A DNA stretch of 20,000 nucleotides from an uncultured virus (IMG/VR IMGVR_UViG_3300029309_000012) (lineage: Duplodnaviria > Heunggongvirae > Uroviricota > Caudoviricetes). Where the stretch lies: IMG/VR virus record IMGVR_UViG_3300029309_000012; one strand, given 5' to 3'. Both the position numbers and the translations under genes were made by a program. Shown one piece after another: positions 16,097 through 20,000 of this stretch (its first letter is position 1; each line of letters starts with the position of its first letter). Below the pieces are notes generated by a model. That model was not told the DNA's origin, searched no databases, and saw nothing but the letters and a program-made list of their open reading frames with translations.

Positions 16097-16375
16097 ATGG
16101 AAAGACAGGTGGATACAATGGGCAAACCTGAAGATATGTCGCATAATGTATATAGTGACAAGCGAGTTGCTAACCGCAACATCTTGAATCATATAATCAA
16201 TTCAACTTACCACAGTAACTTAACTGACCTAACTGAGAAGCGTTACACGATCAAGCAGATTTTCACCTTCCTGGGCGAACTGTTTGCGGCGTTTCTGCTC
16301 TTCGGCGGCGCTATCTATCTGATCTCTATCTCAGATGCCCTTGACCAGCATATGCTGGAATTTCTGGGGCGTTAA
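16097..16375 (+). CDS. Hypothetical membrane protein with one C-terminal TM helix
   Basis: GGAG RBS; hydrophobic IFTFLGELFAAFLLFGGAIYLISI. Confidence 0.6.
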   Translation: MERQVDTMGKPEDMSHNVYSDKRVANRNILNHIINSTYHSNLTDLTEKRYTIKQIFTFLGELFAAFLLFGGAIYLISISDALDQHMLEFLGR

Positions 16376-16376
16376 G

Positions 16377-17351
16377 ATGGTCGGTAAAATTACAAGCGAT
16401 GCCAAGCTGACTGGCCACACTGCTCCGGTGCTGATGGGTGAGAGCCCGTATATGTACCCAAACGATCTCATTGCAAAAATTCTTAACGCGCAGGGCAGGG
16501 GAAACTATCAGACAGATACGTTCTCCGGCAACGAAGCCACAGAGTTGGGCAACGATCTGGAGCCCTTCATCATCGGCAAGTGTGCCCAGCGTTTGGGCTT
16601 TGACAAGTACAACGATGAGATCACCAAGGTCTATGCCTATGAGGATTTGTTTGAGGTCAGCCTGGACGCCATCATCTTCAACGACAGCAAGACGATCCAT
16701 GCCAGTGACAGCATCAAGCTGATGAATGGCCAGGAGAGTATGACGCTAAAGGGGAATGGGGTGGTAGAGAGCAAACTTACCTCTGCGCCATACACAGATG
16801 TCCCGCCCCCATACCGCGGCCCCAGGCAGTTGGACATGCAGATGATGTGCTATGGCGCGAAGTGGGGCGTGATAGCCACGCTTTACCAGGGCACCCGCCT
16901 GGTCCTCTATGTCTATGAGGCAAACCAGGATCGCTTCGATGAACTGATTGACGCCGGCCGTGACTTCTACAGACGCCTGGACGGGCCTGAGTGGTATCCC
17001 GCTGTTGATGGTGTCGATGCAGCCAAGGTTCATAGCCAGGCTGATGACAGTCTGCCACCGATGGACCTGGAGCCAATCGCAGACCTGGCGATGACCTACT
17101 ATGACGCCAGGAGAGCAGCGAAGGCAGCAGAGGCCCTGGCCAAGTCCATTGAGCCAAAGCTGATGGATGCCCTGGGCAACCATGAGAGTGGCATCTTGAA
17201 TGATGAGTTGGGCAACCCGCTCTTTGAGTTGAAGTGGCCCACCAGGTCATTCAAGGCGCAGCCAGAGAAGGTGACGCCGGCCAAGCCGGCACGGGTTGAG
17301 CGTCAGAAGTCGCTGACAATCCCGGCCAAGTGGTTAGGAGACATGGCATGA
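16377..17351 (+). CDS. YqaJ / lambda-exonuclease-like recombination nuclease
   Basis: MGESPY, ATELGNDLEPFI, VSLDAI, VVESKLT, QLDMQMMC motifs. Confidence 0.85.
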   Translation: MVGKITSDAKLTGHTAPVLMGESPYMYPNDLIAKILNAQGRGNYQTDTFSGNEATELGNDLEPFIIGKCAQRLGFDKYNDEITKVYAYEDLFEVSLDAIIFNDSKTIHASDSIKLMNGQESMTLKGNGVVESKLTSAPYTDVPPPYRGPRQLDMQMMCYGAKWGVIATLYQGTRLVLYVYEANQDRFDELIDAGRDFYRRLDGPEWYPAVDGVDAAKVHSQADDSLPPMDLEPIADLAMTYYDARRAAKAAEALAKSIEPKLMDALGNHESGILNDELGNPLFELKWPTRSFKAQPEKVTPAKPARVERQKSLTIPAKWLGDMA

Positions 17352-17629
17352 GTTTGACCCCGCGGCAAAAAGATGTCCTGGACTTTATCGTCTCTTACCA
17401 GAAGGAGCATGGCTATACGCCGACATATGGTGAGATCGCTGTCGGGATCGGGAACTCTGCCAAGTCACTGCATGGAGTGCATCGCCTGGTCCAGCGGCTG
17501 AAGGAGAGGGGATATGTCACCTCGACCCACGGGTCAGAGAGGTCGATCCAGGTTCTCAGGACTTCGCCAGTTGATGCGCCTGTTCTCGCGTCTCATCATT
17601 CCGGCGGGTCCAACCAGCCCCAAACGTAG
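17348..17629 (+). CDS. LexA-type DNA-binding HTH protein without the peptidase domain
   Basis: LTPRQKDVLDFI...GYTPTYGEIA...VHRLVQRLKERGYV...RSIQV; AGGAG RBS and ATGA overlap. Confidence 0.85.
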   Translation: MSLTPRQKDVLDFIVSYQKEHGYTPTYGEIAVGIGNSAKSLHGVHRLVQRLKERGYVTSTHGSERSIQVLRTSPVDAPVLASHHSGGSNQPQT

Positions 17630-18089
17630 GGAAGGTCTTGAGCCTTTCGTAGAACGCCTGGCGTTTGAAATACATATCATCAACCAAGCTGGCCGCGTCA
17701 TGTTCTTTGATTGCGGCCAGTGTCATTGGGCCTATACCGCCATCGACCTTGACCCCGATAATCTTCTGGATCATTCGCGCACTACGGCCAACCCCGCCGT
17801 TCACTGCTAGGTCAAACAGGCTCCAGTCGAGACCCGAAGGTAGGTCATCTCCGCGGACTCTATTCCAGTATTCCTGGCGATAGATCGTCTCGACATGAGC
17901 GTCCGGGATGTTACGCATCACATCCTCAGTGATCTCAGCGTCCACATCCATCGCCTCAGAGAGCCACTGCCCATAGACCCGTGCCGTGATGCCCTTGTTC
18001 GTCATGCCGCCTGGATCGTCAGGGTGATTTACAAACCCGCCCTCATGAGCCAGGAGCCACTCCAGGCATTGGCCAAAGTTCTGTTTCAT
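17556..18089 (-). CDS. Endolysin, glycoside hydrolase family 108 with peptidoglycan-binding domain
   Basis: HEGGFVNHPDDPGGMTNKGIT, YRQEYWN, FDLAVNGG, VDGGIGPMTL, FGAGWTRR. Confidence 0.93.
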   Translation of the reverse strand: MKQNFGQCLEWLLAHEGGFVNHPDDPGGMTNKGITARVYGQWLSEAMDVDAEITEDVMRNIPDAHVETIYRQEYWNRVRGDDLPSGLDWSLFDLAVNGGVGRSARMIQKIIGVKVDGGIGPMTLAAIKEHDAASLVDDMYFKRQAFYERLKTFPTFGAGWTRRNDETREQAHQLAKS

Positions 18090-18469
18090 TTTGGCACCTT
18101 GGTATCTGTGTTGTTCTTCTTGTCGTATGACCTCATGCCGGCAATGCCTAACATGCCAAACAACAGGGGCATCATCACCGACATATCTGCCTGGGGGATA
18201 GTGACGCCAAAGCCAGCAGCGATTGGGCTGACTAAATAGTTGATGCCGAGAGACCAGCCGCAGATGTGCCCGATGAGCGGACGCCACGACGATTGGAACC
18301 AGTTGCCCTTCGCATCCTCTTTGGCAACCTCAATCTGAGCCAAGGACAACTCCTGGGCATGGCGCTCTGCCATTGTCGCCAGGTCATGAGCCAGCTTTGC
18401 CTTTTGATCTTTGTCCTCAATGAATTTGTCAAGCAGCCCACTGACAGGGCCAATTAATGCCTGGATCAT
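18086..18469 (-). CDS. Holin (3-TM, GTA-type family)
   Basis: LIGPVSGLLDKFIEDKDQKAKLAH, SWRPLIG, LFGMLGIAGMRSYDK; overlaps the endolysin start. Confidence 0.85.
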   Translation of the reverse strand: MIQALIGPVSGLLDKFIEDKDQKAKLAHDLATMAERHAQELSLAQIEVAKEDAKGNWFQSSWRPLIGHICGWSLGINYLVSPIAAGFGVTIPQADMSVMMPLLFGMLGIAGMRSYDKKNNTDTKVPK

Positions 18470-18687
18470 TCGTAAATCTCCACAGTCTTAGGATCGACCT
18501 GGCGCGGCACACAGTAGGCAGTTGCCTTGTCCCTGGGGTCGATTGACCCATAGGTTCCGTATCTGTGGCTCACAGACTTGGCAAAGTAGTTGCACCGCTC
18601 TATCGACCAGAACATCATATTGCCGCTCTCTAGTTTGCGTTCCGGGCCCGTGCCCAGGTAAACAAGCAAGAGAAAGACATCGACCAT
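18466..18687 (-). CDS. Hypothetical protein
   Basis: Coupled to neighbours; CNYFA and AYCVP motifs. Confidence 0.7.
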   Translation of the reverse strand: MVDVFLLLVYLGTGPERKLESGNMMFWSIERCNYFAKSVSHRYGTYGSIDPRDKATAYCVPRQVDPKTVEIYE

Positions 18688-18830
18688 CAGGCCCGTTTCT
18701 TCATGGCCTTTTTCTTAGCCGCCATGATGATGTCACCGCGTGTGACCTTGTTCTTGTCGCCATACATAGACGCTAGTTTCTTCTTAGGACGGCCTACCTT
18801 TGAGCCGTAAGTTCCTTTTCCCATTGGCAT
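18687..18830 (-). CDS. Small basic protein (47 aa)
   Basis: Not in the ORF track. MPMGKGTYGSKVGRPKKKLASMYGDKNKVTRGDIIMAAKKKAMKKRA*; AAGGAG RBS; TGATG coupling at both ends. Confidence 0.78.
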   Translation of the reverse strand: MPMGKGTYGSKVGRPKKKLASMYGDKNKVTRGDIIMAAKKKAMKKRA

Positions 18831-19042
18831 CACTTGTCTCCTTTTGCTTCTTTGCCGAGATACAATCCGTAGACGCCCGTCATGACGCCCATTATGACAC
18901 TACAAAACGCGCTCTGAGCGGTGGTGGGGTCTTCTAAGTTCATGAACCATTCAGCGCAACGCCAGGACATGGCTACTGATGCAATCATCGTTAGCTTGGC
19001 CGTGAGGTTTACTTTTAGGTAACGCTGGAACCAGTCGGTCAT
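18830..19042 (-). CDS. Small two-TM membrane protein
   Basis: MTDWFQRYL...WFMNLEDPTTAQSAFCSVIMGVMTGVYGLY; ATGA overlap. Confidence 0.72.
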   Translation of the reverse strand: MTDWFQRYLKVNLTAKLTMIASVAMSWRCAEWFMNLEDPTTAQSAFCSVIMGVMTGVYGLYLGKEAKGDK

Positions 19043-19500
19043 GACAAACCTTTCAGATATTGGACGAATAGATACAACACTGCGGCCCCCACAATCAGAA
19101 TGGCTGGGATGACAGTCCACATGATGATGGCGTCACGAACTTTGGCCCGTCGCTCCAGCTCGTCCTTTTGCAGTTGCCGCTGCCGAGCTATCTCCGCTTG
19201 GAGCCGCTCCCACTGTCCGGGCTTGCCGAAATACTGAAAAATCTGGTGCATCTCTGCCCGCATTTTTGTCAGTTCTTCTTTGCGGAAAAACTCATCTATA
19301 CCGGCCTGCTCTGCGCCAGTTAGCTTGGAGAATATGCTGTTCTTTTTTCTTGTGGCTCCAAAATTTAATTCAGCTTCAGCCTTGGCGTAGCGCGAAATCG
19401 GGCCCGAAAGACTAGACAGGTCCTTGCCGGCCTTGACGGCGCTGGAAATGGCGCTACTGGCCGCAGAAATTGCCCCAAATGCACTGATAGGGTCGATCAT
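19039..19500 (-). CDS. Hypothetical membrane-anchored protein
   Basis: MIDPISAFGAI..., coiled coil, C-terminal TM helix. Confidence 0.78.
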   Translation of the reverse strand: MIDPISAFGAISAASSAISSAVKAGKDLSSLSGPISRYAKAEAELNFGATRKKNSIFSKLTGAEQAGIDEFFRKEELTKMRAEMHQIFQYFGKPGQWERLQAEIARQRQLQKDELERRAKVRDAIIMWTVIPAILIVGAAVLYLFVQYLKGLS

Positions 19501-19501
19501 T

Positions 19502-19672
19502 TCAGCCCCTCATTAACACGGTCAGAAGCAGCACAATAGTCGTGCCGGCAGACCCAACAAGCACAGCCTCAAGCCGTTTGACACGACTGAGCAGTTCGAT
19601 GAAACGCTCCTGACTTAACGCTGTCAGCGTGTCCAGTTCAGCCTTGACCGATTGTGCCGTTGGCTTGCTCAT
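19502..19672 (-). CDS. Small coiled-coil plus TM protein (XhlA-like architecture)
   Basis: Not in the ORF track. MSKPTAQSVKAELDTLTALSQERFIELLSRVKRLEAVLVGSAGTTIVLLLTVLMRG*. Confidence 0.75.
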   Translation of the reverse strand: MSKPTAQSVKAELDTLTALSQERFIELLSRVKRLEAVLVGSAGTTIVLLLTVLMRG

Positions 19673-19797
19673 TTTTTGGTTTTACTTCCCTTGGGTCGGC
19701 CTCGCTTCTTAGGGGCAGGGGCCTTTTCAACAATCTTGGGCTCTTGTTTGCCGGCAAATTTTTTGAGGTGCGGGTTAAGGTCATAAACGTGGGGCAT
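19669..19797 (-). CDS. Small AT-hook-containing protein (42 aa)
   Basis: Not in the ORF track. GAGGAG RBS; MPHVYDLNPHLKKFAGKQEPKIVEKAPAPKKRGRPKGSKTKK*. Confidence 0.72.
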   Translation of the reverse strand: MPHVYDLNPHLKKFAGKQEPKIVEKAPAPKKRGRPKGSKTKK

Positions 19798-19867
19798 CAA
19801 AACTCTCCTCAGTCTATCTAATAGCCAAGTCATTCTATTGGCCTTTGTAAATTAGTGCCAAAAAAAA

Positions 19868-20000
19868 TCACTCAGCGTCCGCGATGGTCAACTCACCGGC
19901 TGCGACCTGTTTTATTATTTCGTCGTAGTGGCGGTTGCCGGTTGCGCCGTTCTTCACAGTATACGTCTTGCCATCAATGACGAATTTGATGTGAGTGTTG
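19868..20000 (-). CDS. 3' end of a tail-fibre-associated small protein (partial)
   Basis: ...GNRHYDEIIKQVAAGELTIADAE*; this C-terminal pattern is common after tail fibre genes in marine phages (recalled, not searched). Confidence 0.65.
   Translation of the reverse strand, partial: NTHIKFVIDGKTYTVKNGATGNRHYDEIIKQVAAGELTIADAE

Noticed and set aside
19845..19861. TTGGCAC (minus strand) as a sigma54 promoter
   Set aside because: The -12 TTGC element is absent; a weak sigma70 reading with TAGAAT is possible but not supported enough to list.
1..20000. Diversity-generating retroelement, considered because of the BPP-1-like head module
   Set aside because: No reverse transcriptase motifs and no adenine-variant repeat pair seen in this window.

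Overview
The window is about 20 kb of a tailed dsDNA phage or prophage with a podovirus-type head module laid out like BPP-1 and the marine HTVC010P-type phages. The host is probably an alphaproteobacterium (inference). On the minus strand from about 12.1 kb leftwards come an Arc/RHH-type regulator, Holliday junction resolvase, probable SSB, TOPRIM primase-RepA(AAA_25) helicase, a GGACA-repeat putative origin, an HTH initiator-like protein, terminase small and large subunits, an acetyltransferase-like protein, several tiny basic proteins, portal, Bbp19-like protein, scaffold and major capsid. A divergent plus-strand arm (12.2-17.6 kb) carries small early genes, a short serine recombinase, a winged-helix protein, a YqaJ-type exonuclease and a LexA-type HTH. 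The right end is a minus-strand lysis region (GH108 endolysin, 3-TM holin, membrane proteins) after a tail-fibre-associated gene, so the genome is circularly permuted relative to this window. No DNA or RNA polymerase, tRNA, CRISPR or RT is visible. The most unusual signals are non-coding: (i) a capsid leader where a promoter sits inside a 14-bp inverted repeat and is followed by two hairpins with the same C/ACAA internal loop; (ii) an operator-like motif (CGTTTGGCTNTTG, sometimes paired as CAA-N9-TTG) in most of the larger intergenic gaps; (iii) a possible alphaproteobacterial SOS box; (iv) an 18-bp gene-junction repeat upstream of the recombinase. All family calls come from motif recognition, not database searches.
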